From IMG/VR virus record IMGVR_UViG_3300010403_000007, positions 1-57,681 of that record: 57,681 nt of DNA; one strand, given 5' to 3'. Both the position numbers and the translations under genes were made by a program. Numbering within the stretch: the first letter of the stretch is position 1; every line of letters starts with the position of its first letter. Of this stretch, positions 9,180-16,697 are shown one piece after another. The notes under the pieces were generated by a model. That model worked only from the letters and a program-made list of their open reading frames with translations. It was not told the DNA's origin and made no database searches. This stretch comes from a virus. Its lineage: Duplodnaviria; Caudoviricetes.

Positions 9180-11113
9180 GGAATGAGGTCCCCTCGGGCT
9201 TCGTTCAGGGCGGCCTTCAGCCACTCCCTTTCGTGAGTGAGGCCGCGCTGGAGCAGGACGGTGCAGTAGTTCCCGAGCGTCGTCTCCAGGGCGTCCGGGT
9301 CGACGCCGAGCGTGGACGCCTGCTCCCGCACGTACGTCCATGCCCCGGCGAGCAGGGTCGGGATCCTCTCGCTGTTGGTGGTGACCCGGGTGTGCAGTTC
9401 GTGCTTAGGGACGCCGTAGCGGGCCCGGGCGGGGCCGGGCACAAGCTTGCCCCCGGCGATCTCCAGAGCACGCCGTACGGCGCTGTCAGCGGCGTAGAAC
9501 AGGGGCGTGCCATCCAGGACACCCGCCGACGCGGCGAGCGCTCCCAGTTTCTGGCCGCCGACCTTGCCCTGTGCGGCGTCTTCCGGCGACGGGAACTGGG
9601 GCAGGCTCCGCTCGCCCGCGTCGGCCGGTTCGGTACCCGCCTCGTCGTATCCGGGGTCGCCGGGCATCAGCGATTCCTCGGCTGGGGCCGCGTTCGGGTT
9701 GGCGATGGCGGGCAGGCCGAGGATCTCCTGGAAAGCGGGGTCGCTGGCGAACTGCGGCTGCGCCAGGACCAACTGCTTCATCAGGTGGTAGACCTGCTCC
9801 TTTTCGTTCGGGGCGTCGTCCTCGGTGAACGCGTTCGCCTCACGGACGGTCTTGTCGGACAGCAGGCCCTTGTCGGACAGCTGCATGGCCTGCTCCGACC
9901 GGTTCGGCCGGACGGCGAGGGGGGAGATGTCGAACCAGAGCGTGTACTGCTCCGGGTTTTCGACTCCGGCGGCACGCAGAGCGGGCTGGAAGTAGCCGAT
10001 GTTGAGGGCGTCAGCGAGCTGGATGAGCAGCGGTTCGACGTGGATTTTGATCGAGGATTCCTCGATCTGCCAGCCGGACCAGTGGTTCGCGGATCCCATG
10101 CCGGTGAGGACTTCCGGCGGGATGTCGAGGCTCATGGCCATGCGTTCGACGGCGGCCTTGCGCATCTCGATGATCTTGTCGCTGATCTGCGAGTCGAACG
10201 TCAGATGCTTGATCTTGTCGAGAGCCTCGGTCGGCACCTGCAGCGTGATCGGCACCAGCGCGGCGGCACTGTCACGCTGCTGCAGCGACGTGGCCATGGT
10301 CCGCTGCAGCAGGGCGGCGAACCCGTCGATGCCGGTCGGGCGGGACTCGCCCGGCACCTCCGGCTGCGTCGGGAAGTCGATGCCGTCAGGCAGCAGCAGG
10401 ATCCCCGCACCGGCCAGACGCGAGTCCAGCTCGGCGAAGATCCGCTTCGTGCACTGCTCCATCTCCCGGAGCACCGGAAGGATGGCCCGGACCGTGGAGT
10501 CGGCGGCGTCATACAGGCGCGGGTGCGGGTTCCATGCCCGGATCAGGAGATCCTTGGCCGGGTTCAGGGTGTAGGTGCCGCCGCCGTGGGTGATGGAGCG
10601 GCGAACGATGATCTCCTCGCCGCGCCGGTTCACCTGCGAGCTGGAGCAGACGTACCACTTGTCTTTCACGCCGAGCGGGTCCGGCGACGTGTCGTTGTAG
10701 CCTTCGGCGACGATGAACACGTCCCCGGCGGTCATCATGTTGATGCCCATCAGGCGCTGCGCCTGTGCCTTGCTGGCGGGGCTGCCGAACATCTTCTCAG
10801 CGATGGCCCGGACGCGTTCGTCGGTGGCCTCGTCGCCTACGACACCGTCCTTGGAGATGACCGCCCCGTACATGCGGCACCGGGACAGGGCGGACCCGAT
10901 CCAGTTGACGACGAATCGCATCTCGCCGCAGATGTCGTAGTGGCGCCACGCTTCCAGCTGCCAGCGGTGGTCACCGAGCTTGAACATCTGCCAGCTGGAT
11001 GCGTCTTTGAGGTCGATCGGAACGGCGGCGCCGACGAGCGCGTTGGCCGGTCGCGTGCCGGGGCCGTTCTCTCCTCCGGCCGGAACGGTCTTGCGCTTGG
11101 TCAGCAGCCCCAC
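9176..11113 (-). CDS. portal protein
   Basis: 645 aa; WQLEAWRHYD, SRLAGAGIL, LDIPPEVLTG, NHWSGWQI motifs typical of actinophage portals; upstream of MuF. Confidence 0.85.
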   Translation of the reverse strand: MGLLTKRKTVPAGGENGPGTRPANALVGAAVPIDLKDASSWQMFKLGDHRWQLEAWRHYDICGEMRFVVNWIGSALSRCRMYGAVISKDGVVGDEATDERVRAIAEKMFGSPASKAQAQRLMGINMMTAGDVFIVAEGYNDTSPDPLGVKDKWYVCSSSQVNRRGEEIIVRRSITHGGGTYTLNPAKDLLIRAWNPHPRLYDAADSTVRAILPVLREMEQCTKRIFAELDSRLAGAGILLLPDGIDFPTQPEVPGESRPTGIDGFAALLQRTMATSLQQRDSAAALVPITLQVPTEALDKIKHLTFDSQISDKIIEMRKAAVERMAMSLDIPPEVLTGMGSANHWSGWQIEESSIKIHVEPLLIQLADALNIGYFQPALRAAGVENPEQYTLWFDISPLAVRPNRSEQAMQLSDKGLLSDKTVREANAFTEDDAPNEKEQVYHLMKQLVLAQPQFASDPAFQEILGLPAIANPNAAPAEESLMPGDPGYDEAGTEPADAGERSLPQFPSPEDAAQGKVGGQKLGALAASAGVLDGTPLFYAADSAVRRALEIAGGKLVPGPARARYGVPKHELHTRVTTNSERIPTLLAGAWTYVREQASTLGVDPDALETTLGNYCTVLLQRGLTHEREWLKAALNEARGDLIP

Positions 11114-11117
11114 TCTG

Positions 11118-11426
11118 TCACCCCTTCACGCGCGCGAGCGCCCCGGCAGCCGCCGACAGGACCAGTCCGAAAGCGGGCCAGAACAGCCAGGGCGAATCGC
11201 CGTAAGCGTAGATGATCGGGGTGGCGGGAATGGCGAGCCAGATGCTGATGCACCAGGGGCAAAGAAACAGGTAGGCCAGCATGTTGTGACCCCTGTCTTT
11301 GAGGGCGGTGACGAACGCGTCGCGGGGCCGGGCGGTGATCATGTCGCTGGTGATGAGCACGACGAGGCGCGCGAACGCGAGAACGTAGATGGTGAGGGCG
11401 AAAGAAAGACCGGGCATGGCCACCAT
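11118..11426 (-). CDS. DUF1360-like membrane protein
   Basis: RLVVLITSD, LCPWCISIW motif; typical position before the portal. Confidence 0.7.
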   Translation of the reverse strand: MVAMPGLSFALTIYVLAFARLVVLITSDMITARPRDAFVTALKDRGHNMLAYLFLCPWCISIWLAIPATPIIYAYGDSPWLFWPAFGLVLSAAAGALARVKG

Positions 11427-11467
11427 CGTAGGTGGTCATGCCCGGTCCCGGGTGTGCTGGTGTTGCC

Positions 11468-11644
11468 TCAGGTGAGGTACGTCAACGCAAGGCCGACGCC
11501 GGTCGCCGCGAGCACGACCATTCCGGCCAGGGCGACGGCTACGACTGCGCATCCGTCGAACGTCGACCGGGTGGTGCCGCCCCACTTCGGGGCCGGTGGC
11601 TTACGCCCGTGGCTGGTCTTGCGCGGTTGCGGCTTGCGGGCCAT
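11468..11644 (-). CDS. small membrane protein
   Basis: basic N-terminus plus one TM helix; TGATG coupling. Confidence 0.5.
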   Translation of the reverse strand: MARKPQPRKTSHGRKPPAPKWGGTTRSTFDGCAVVAVALAGMVVLAATGVGLALTYLT

Positions 11645-12051
11645 CAGAGCGCGCAGATGGAGGTGATGCGGTCGTTCCAGCCGTTCGCGAAACCGCCGCC
11701 GGACACGGCCAGGTCGTTGTCGCTGAAGTTGCCGGTCTTGCCGATGTTGGAGCCGCCCCCGGCGAGGTCGAAGAACGTCATGGGGCCGCCGATGCTGCTC
11801 ATCGTGGACAGGATCGACGAGGTCTTGTTGTCGATGCCGGACGAGAAGACGACACAGTGTCCGGAAGCGGCCCGCACCTGGCTGTACGACCACTTGTACA
11901 TGTTGCCGCTGTAGTTCCGGTCCACCCAGAAGCAGACGTAGCCGCCGGTGGGGCAGTCGGCGGCGGATGCCTGTGCGGGGGTGGCGGTGAAGCCGATCGC
12001 GGCGATGGCGAGGGCGAGGACCGCGAGGACCCTCATGATCTTGTCGTGCAT
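11644..12051 (-). CDS. secreted peptidase inhibitor I36-like protein
   Basis: Sec signal peptide ending AQA, then ADCPTGGYVCFWVDRNYSG and DNKTSS/WNDRITS repeats; AGGAGG RBS. Confidence 0.75.
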   Translation of the reverse strand: MHDKIMRVLAVLALAIAAIGFTATPAQASAADCPTGGYVCFWVDRNYSGNMYKWSYSQVRAASGHCVVFSSGIDNKTSSILSTMSSIGGPMTFFDLAGGGSNIGKTGNFSDNDLAVSGGGFANGWNDRITSICAL

Positions 12052-12080
12052 TGGTTCTCCTCCTGTGAGGTGAGCTGACG

Positions 12081-12362
12081 TCAGCTCCGGATTTTTACAC
12101 CCCGCACGATGTTGGTGCAGGACGGGCAGGTGTTGTACGGGCCGGTGTGCTGGATCTCGTCGGCGGGGTAGAAGGTGCCGCACCGGCCGCATTTCTCGGC
12201 GGTGGACGGCGGGAACATCCGTACGACGAACGCGGCGATCCGGTCGGCGGCGGTTTGGACCCCGTCGATTTCGGTGATGCCGCAGCAGCTGCACGGGCCG
12301 CTTTCGGTCACTTCTTCGTTGATGACGTCCTTGACGAAGGCGGTGAATTCTTCGGGGTTCAT
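12081..12362 (-). CDS. hypothetical Zn-finger protein
   Basis: CSCC, CGRC and CPSC motifs. Confidence 0.55.
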   Translation of the reverse strand: MNPEEFTAFVKDVINEEVTESGPCSCCGITEIDGVQTAADRIAAFVVRMFPPSTAEKCGRCGTFYPADEIQHTGPYNTCPSCTNIVRGVKIRS

Positions 12363-12383
12363 GGTGGGGGTCCTCTTTCGGGG

Positions 12384-12512
12384 TCAGCGGTTGCGGATCT
12401 TGGTGATCAGGAAGAAGAGGCCGATGAGGGCCGGGCCGAGGAGGAGCGTCCACGGGTGGTCGAGTTGCCATTCGATCAGTGCACACCTGCTGAAGAGGAT
12501 GTCCCAGTTCAT
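12384..12512 (-). CDS. small membrane protein
   Basis: 42-aa ORF with RBS and TM helix, downstream of a promoter. Confidence 0.45.
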   Translation of the reverse strand: MNWDILFSRCALIEWQLDHPWTLLLGPALIGLFFLITKIRNR

Positions 12513-12543
12513 TTCGGCTCCCTTTGTCGGTCTGTCCGTGGAC

Positions 12544-12585
12544 AGCATACAGCCCCCTTGACGTGAATGTCAAGGGGGCTGTATG
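12544..12585 (-). promoter_or_regulatory. promoter TTGACA-N18-TATGCT embedded in a perfect 17-bp inverted repeat
   Basis: CATACAGCCCCCTTGAC-GTGAAT-GTCAAGGGGGCTGTATG. Confidence 0.7.
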
Positions 12586-12591
12586 GGCCGG

Positions 12592-13344
12592 TCAGAAGGC
12601 GACGTCGTCGTCCTCGTCGTCGACCAGCTGCAGGCCCAGCGAGGTGCCGAACGGCCGCTTCCAGGTAGCCTCCCCCAGCTCCTCCGGCTGGACGTAGACG
12701 GACTTCGCGCCCGCCAAGTGCGCAGCGGCAGCCCGCTTGATCTTCTCGTCGTCGTCACCCTCGAACACCGGCACCGAGATGCGGGTGAAGCCGGTCACGG
12801 GCACGTCGACGGTCTTGGTGTGCAGGGCGGGCAGCGTACCCAGACCCATCTCGTCGAGCGTGTGGGCGGCGTAGGCGTAGCCCCAGTAGTGCTCGGTGAT
12901 GGCCGCCTTGAAGAACGCGACGATGGCTTCCTTCAGTTCGGCGAGGGTCATCTCCTCCGGCTGGAGGTCGTCGGGGACGTCGGCGGGGCCGCTGTAGAAC
13001 GTGACGTCGTGCAGGTCGGGAACGGCGACCTGGAACGCCCGGACGCAGCCGGTCCCGTCGATGATGCCGGTGTCCAGGGTGCGCTGGATGGCGGCGGTGA
13101 ACTTGGCGTGCGCCTCGGTCCGGCTGCTGGCCTTGATGGTGGCGCCGATGACGCCGGTGATGGGCGTGTTCACCTGGTAGGTGGCGCTGCCGGTGACGGG
13201 TGTCGCGCCGAGGCGGATCAGGTTGGTGTTGAGCCAGGTCCGGTCGATCTTGGTGTTGTAGGCGGCGCTGGCGGCGGCCTCGCTGAGGGTGGCGCGGAGC
13301 TGGCTCGCGGCGACGGCCTCGTCGTAGTCGTCGGGCTCGGTCAT
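12592..13344 (-). CDS. hypothetical protein
   Basis: 250-aa ORF with GGAGGAG RBS. Confidence 0.7.
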   Translation of the reverse strand: MTEPDDYDEAVAASQLRATLSEAAASAAYNTKIDRTWLNTNLIRLGATPVTGSATYQVNTPITGVIGATIKASSRTEAHAKFTAAIQRTLDTGIIDGTGCVRAFQVAVPDLHDVTFYSGPADVPDDLQPEEMTLAELKEAIVAFFKAAITEHYWGYAYAAHTLDEMGLGTLPALHTKTVDVPVTGFTRISVPVFEGDDDEKIKRAAAAHLAGAKSVYVQPEELGEATWKRPFGTSLGLQLVDDEDDDVAF

Positions 13345-13479
13345 GCTGTCTCCTCCTGAAGTAACTGTCTATGCATAGCATACACCATGCGTCAATCTCA
13401 CTACCCGTATACCGTTTCCCGGGCCATCTCAAAAACTGGGATGTAGGGCCGTGAAAAACGGCACCCGTTTAACTCTGTG

Positions 13480-13554
13480 TGACACGGCCGGGATTCGAAC
13501 CCGGACCTTCCCCCTTCTTCGCCAGGGGACGCTCTCCCGTTGAGCCACCGTGCC
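13480..13554 (-). ncRNA. tRNA-like RNA with enlarged (9-11 nt) anticodon loop
   Basis: Acceptor GGCACGG/CCGTGTC-A, D arm GCTC-AACGGGA-GAGC, T arm CCGGG-TTCGAAT-CCCGG; anticodon arm TCCCC-TGGCGAAGAAG-GGGGA. Confidence 0.8.
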
Positions 13555-13556
13555 AT

Positions 13557-13659
13557 GAATCCCCTCGGGGCGGTTCGCTACCGGCCTGCCGTTGAGCCCG
13601 TGATCTCCGGCGGGTCTCCGCACTCCGGCGGTGAGGCTGCCGTTCGACCGAGGGGATTC
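13557..13659 (-). ncRNA. putative structured RNA between two tRNA-like elements
   Basis: Ends pair over 12 bp (GAATCCCCTCGG / CCGAGGGGATTC); internal AACGGCAG occurs twice. Confidence 0.45.
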
Positions 13660-13708
13660 GCCATGATCCCGCAGGGGCGCGAGCCCAGGGCGCTGGGGAT
13701 GATGAACG

Positions 13709-13781
13709 TGCCCCGAGCAGGAATCGAACCTGCTGTCCCCACCCCAGGCGAGCCCTGAGGGGAGCATTGACCAACCGGGGC
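13709..13781 (-). ncRNA. tRNA-like RNA with degenerate D arm and elongated anticodon hairpin
   Basis: Acceptor GCCCCGG/TCGGGGC-A, T arm GCAGG-TTCGATT-CCTGC. Confidence 0.65.
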
Positions 13782-13892
13782 CACCCTGCTCACGGCCTAC
13801 GACGGCCAGCAGGGCGACGGTTCAGGAACCAATTCCAGGTGACCAGCGGCGGCGTGCACCGCTTCCCCGACTTCGGGGTCTTGGCCGGACCC

Positions 13893-14081
13893 TTAGACAT
13901 CGAACTCGCCCGCCTTGACGCCCTCCACGAACGCCGCCCACTCGTCCCGGGTGAAGTAGACCCTGTACTCGGGCTGCTTGGAGTTGCGAACGATGAAGTG
14001 CCCGTGCTGCTGCGACTCCGCGACCTCAACACAGTTGTTGCCGCCGTTGCCGTTGCTCCGGCTCGACTTCCGCCACTCCAT
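13893..14081 (-). CDS. DUF397 family protein
   Basis: WRKSSRS...NCVEVA...VRNSK...EWAAFVEGVKAGEFD signature. Confidence 0.9.
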   Translation of the reverse strand: MEWRKSSRSNGNGGNNCVEVAESQQHGHFIVRNSKQPEYRVYFTRDEWAAFVEGVKAGEFDV

Positions 14082-14203
14082 CAGCTGTCCTTCCTTCGCA
14101 TCGGGTCGGACAGCCACGCCGCCGCGTAGACGAGCTGCACGAGCAGCCACGTCAGCGTGAACCGCTTGTCGCCGCAGAACGTGCCGTTGTCGTAGGCGCT
14201 CAC
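14081..14203 (-). CDS. small hypothetical protein
   Basis: 40-aa ORF coupled at both ends (GTGA, TGATG). Confidence 0.45.
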   Translation of the reverse strand: MSAYDNGTFCGDKRFTLTWLLVQLVYAAAWLSDPMRRKDS

Positions 14204-14781
14204 TTGCTCTCCTCGGTCTCCACCAGCTTGTCGGCCGCGCCGCGCGCAGCGACAACCACGGCATTGCCGGTGTCGATCGCGTCCTTCAGGTGCCGCGTGA
14301 ACGCGTCCAGCAGCAGGATCGTGTCGTTCGAATCGGCGCCGTCCCACTTCGGCGCGTGCTCCAGCTCCGGAACGGCGGAGAACCGGTCCCAGTGCTCCAG
14401 CTCGAAGTGGTACGCGATCGTGCCGTCGGGCAGCTCGATACCGACGATGAAATGCCCGTCGAACATCGGGCCGTCGTCGGGGTGGTGCCGCTTCGACCGC
14501 CAGCTGTCCTTGTTGATCGCGCCGATCGTGGCGAGCACGGACGTCAGGGCGCGCCGGTGCTCATACAGCTCGTCGAACGTGTGGTAGCCGTCGGAGGTGT
14601 CGCCGGGCGCCTCGTCTTTGAACACCATCTGCCGAGGGCCGGAGACGGCCAGTGCAGGCCCCTGAAGGCTGTGAACGACGATGTCGTCGGGGCCGATCAG
14701 CTGGTCCGGATCGAACGACTCCAGCGGGGAGCCTGCGTGCCCGCCGTCGACCATGCCGTCAGCGTCGTAGGGGTCGGTCAT
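14200..14781 (-). CDS. WDGH-domain-like phage protein
   Basis: SDGYHTFDELYEHR, WRSKRHH, IAYH and APKWDG motifs. Confidence 0.65.
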   Translation of the reverse strand: MTDPYDADGMVDGGHAGSPLESFDPDQLIGPDDIVVHSLQGPALAVSGPRQMVFKDEAPGDTSDGYHTFDELYEHRRALTSVLATIGAINKDSWRSKRHHPDDGPMFDGHFIVGIELPDGTIAYHFELEHWDRFSAVPELEHAPKWDGADSNDTILLLDAFTRHLKDAIDTGNAVVVAARGAADKLVETEESK

Positions 14782-14957
14782 GACTTGTCTCCGAAGGGGG
14801 CGTTGAACCAGCCGTTGCGGGTTCCGGGCATGTTGGGGGGTCCTGCACGCATTCCGCCGGGCTTTGAGAGGTCGGCGGAGGTGTCGCAGCGGCGGCAGAT
14901 GGTGATGCCTTGGGTGAGGGGTGTTTTGCTGAATCCGCAGGCGTTGCAGTCGGCCAT
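14778..14957 (-). CDS. small Zn-ribbon protein
   Basis: CNAC...CRRC; RBS upstream; first ORF after the RNA array. Confidence 0.55.
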   Translation of the reverse strand: MADCNACGFSKTPLTQGITICRRCDTSADLSKPGGMRAGPPNMPGTRNGWFNAPFGDKS

Positions 14958-15147
14958 TTGAGGGCATCCTCCCTGGTCACGTGGGTAGGTTCCGGACTGG
15001 CCCGTCCACGCCGTGGCCACGGGGGGCGGTCTAGGTGCCAGTCCGGAACCCGCCTGGCCTGCGGTGTTGCGCGCCTCCAGGGCGTTGCTGGCCAGACAGC
15101 GGAGCGCGAGATCAATCTCTGGACTGCTTTGCTCTTCTCCGCATCCG

Positions 15148-15216
15148 TGCCGTGGAGGGAGTTGAACCCTCGACTCCGGACTCTCGCCCGGCGCTGTTGC
15201 CATCCAGCTTCACGGC
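15148..15216 (-). ncRNA. tRNA-like RNA with GNRA-capped hairpin in place of the anticodon loop
   Basis: Acceptor GCCGTG/CACGGC-A, D arm GCTG-GATGGCAA-CAGC, CCGGGC-GAGA-GTCCGG, T arm GAGGG-TTCAACT-CCCTC. Confidence 0.75.
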
Positions 15217-15371
15217 GGTACTTGGCAGGCCGGGGTGTCGGCTCCTCAGCGCGCTCACCCGGTTCCGTAGGTTGCGGGGGTGGGTCCCGTCCTGCCGTTC
15301 CTGTTACCAGATCACCGGGCCGCTACCCGCCTCGTCGCCGTGCACGGCTTGGACGGACAACCCGGTGTTCG

Positions 15372-15453
15372 CGCTCGGCGCGGGACTCGAACCCGCACGG
15401 CCGCACCCTCGCGGGTCGCCTTCTGCCAGACGGGCCGCCTTAGGCCCCCGAGC
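15372..15453 (-). ncRNA. tRNA-like RNA (T arm and acceptor conserved, other arms remodelled)
   Basis: GCTCGG/CCGAGC-G stem, T arm GCGGG-TTCGAGT-CCCGC, ACCC-GCGA-GGGT extra arm. Confidence 0.6.
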
Positions 15454-15643
15454 TAGGTGGGGACTTTCGCGGCCTGGATGCTCCGCAAGTAGGTCCCCTG
15501 CACTCCTGGATGGTGCACCACCTCTGGTGGCCGTCACGCCAGCTGGACCGGCGTCCTCCACGGTTCCCTCGCGTCCGTCCCTGTGCTCCCTTAAACGGGC
15601 GCTGGGGCGGTTTCACCTGCCGGGTACCGCTAACTCGTTTCGG

Positions 15644-15742
15644 TGGCGGCGAGGGCAGGGTTCGCACCTGCGTCACCGGGACGGCCCCGGCATCCTGGCT
15701 ACGGCTTCAAGCGCTCTCCACCGTGTTCTAGACGACCTCTCC
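15644..15742 (-). ncRNA. tRNA-like RNA with encoded CCA end and expanded D region
   Basis: GGAGAGG/CCTCGCC-G-CCA, T arm GCAGG-TGCGAAC-CCTGC, anticodon arm GCCGGG-GCCGT-CCCGGT with no U33. Confidence 0.65.
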
Positions 15743-15745
15743 TCT

Positions 15746-15846
15746 GGCTGACTCGACCCGCTCGACACTCCGAACCGAATCCTCTCCCGTGTGGCGGGAG
15801 GGTGACACTACGCGGGCCACACCCGACACGACGGATCGAGTCAGCC
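15746..15846 (-). ncRNA. putative structured RNA closed by a ~15-bp stem
   Basis: GGCTGACTCGATCCG ... CGGGTCGAGTCAGCC; ends 3 nt before the 5' end of the 15644-15742 tRNA-like element. Confidence 0.45.
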
Positions 15847-15938
15847 CCCGTCTCTCCGGGGTGTCACAAGCGCCTACGCCTGTCTCCGGGCATCTTGCCG
15901 CACCGGATTTTAGGTCCGGTACGACCTGTTGCGATACG

Positions 15939-16009
15939 TGACGCTGGACGGATTTGAACCGCCGACCTCCTGCCGGTGGCAGGTGCTCTTTCCTCTGAGC
16001 TACAACGTC
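15939..16009 (-). ncRNA. tRNA-like RNA with truncated (3-5 nt) anticodon loop
   Basis: Canonical acceptor GACGTTG/CAGCGTC-A, D arm GCTC-AGAGGAAA-GAGC, AGGTC variable loop, T arm GGCGG-TTCAAAT-CCGTC; anticodon arm CCTGCC-ACC-GGCAGG. Confidence 0.85.
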
Positions 16010-16107
16010 CGTCGCTTGCTGAAGGCGACGGCTTCGGTTGCCGCCAGGTTCAGCGTCCGGACTACGCCGCTTTTGCGCGACGTGACCGGCCCTGACGGCC
16101 CTCTGCG

Positions 16108-16218
16108 AGGTGGGAGGTGGATTCGAACCACCATCACTACGCGATCCGCTCCACGGGCCTTCCCGGGGTTCCAGGGAGCATTCCTCGCGTGGTAGCTCTC
16201 CCGTTGAGCTATCCCACC
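16108..16218 (-). ncRNA. tRNA-like RNA whose anticodon arm is replaced by a ~58-nt extended stem-loop
   Basis: Perfect acceptor GGTGGGA/TCCCACC, D arm GCTC-AACGGGA-GAGC, T arm GGTGG-TTCGAAT-CCACC. Confidence 0.8.
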
Positions 16219-16258
16219 AGTGGCTGTACCCGACCCCTCAGCGGGTACAGCCGGTCTT

Positions 16259-16492
16259 TCAGCCCTCGAACGGGGCGGTCTGTTCGTCGTCGGCGGTGCC
16301 GGGGATGGGGTCCTGGTCGAGCGGGTCGGCCTGTCCGCGCTTGGAGGCGCCGACGATGTTGACGGGGGTGAGGGTGATGACGCCTTCGCTGTCCTTGGAG
16401 GCCCAGTAGTACTCGGAGGTGGCGAGGTCACCGAGGGCTACTCGGTTGAGGTTGCCGACGGCGCGGTAGAGGGTGAGGTCGATGGTGGCGAT
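16259..16492 (-). CDS. hypothetical protein, probable ATC start
   Basis: AGGAGGAG RBS 7 nt before an in-frame ATC; no nearby ATG/GTG/TTG. Confidence 0.5.
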   Translation of the reverse strand: MATIDLTLYRAVGNLNRVALGDLATSEYYWASKDSEGVITLTPVNIVGASKRGQADPLDQDPIPGTADDEQTAPFEG

Positions 16493-16697
16493 GGGGCTTC
16501 TCCTCCTGTGCGGTGGGCCGGGCACAGGCGCCTGAGAACGTCTGTGCCCGGCCCGCTTCTTTGCGGCGGTGGTCGGCTGCTCGGTCCGCTCCCTGAACCG
16601 GTGACTTGAGCGGCGAGGATGCCTCTCATTTCATGGTTCTGGTTGACAGACCGGGGAGGCTACGGACTCGTTCAGCCTCCCACCGTCTACTGAGACC

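Noticed and set aside
13709-13781. Opal (UCA) suppressor or tRNA-Sec explaining the terL TGA
   Set aside because: A TCA triplet is present but not centred in a 7-nt loop with U33; it pairs within a longer hairpin and the D arm is degenerate.
13803-13890. Cobalamin riboswitch (GGGAAGCGGTGCACGCCGC)
   Set aside because: Only the T-loop hairpin resembles it; the rest of the core and the B12 box are missing.
15224-15296. SRP RNA-like hairpin
   Set aside because: Lacks the conserved CAGG...GNRA...AGCA helix-8 signature.
13480-16218. Assigning amino acids or anticodons to the tRNA-like elements
   Set aside because: None has a canonical anticodon loop, so any assignment would be arbitrary.
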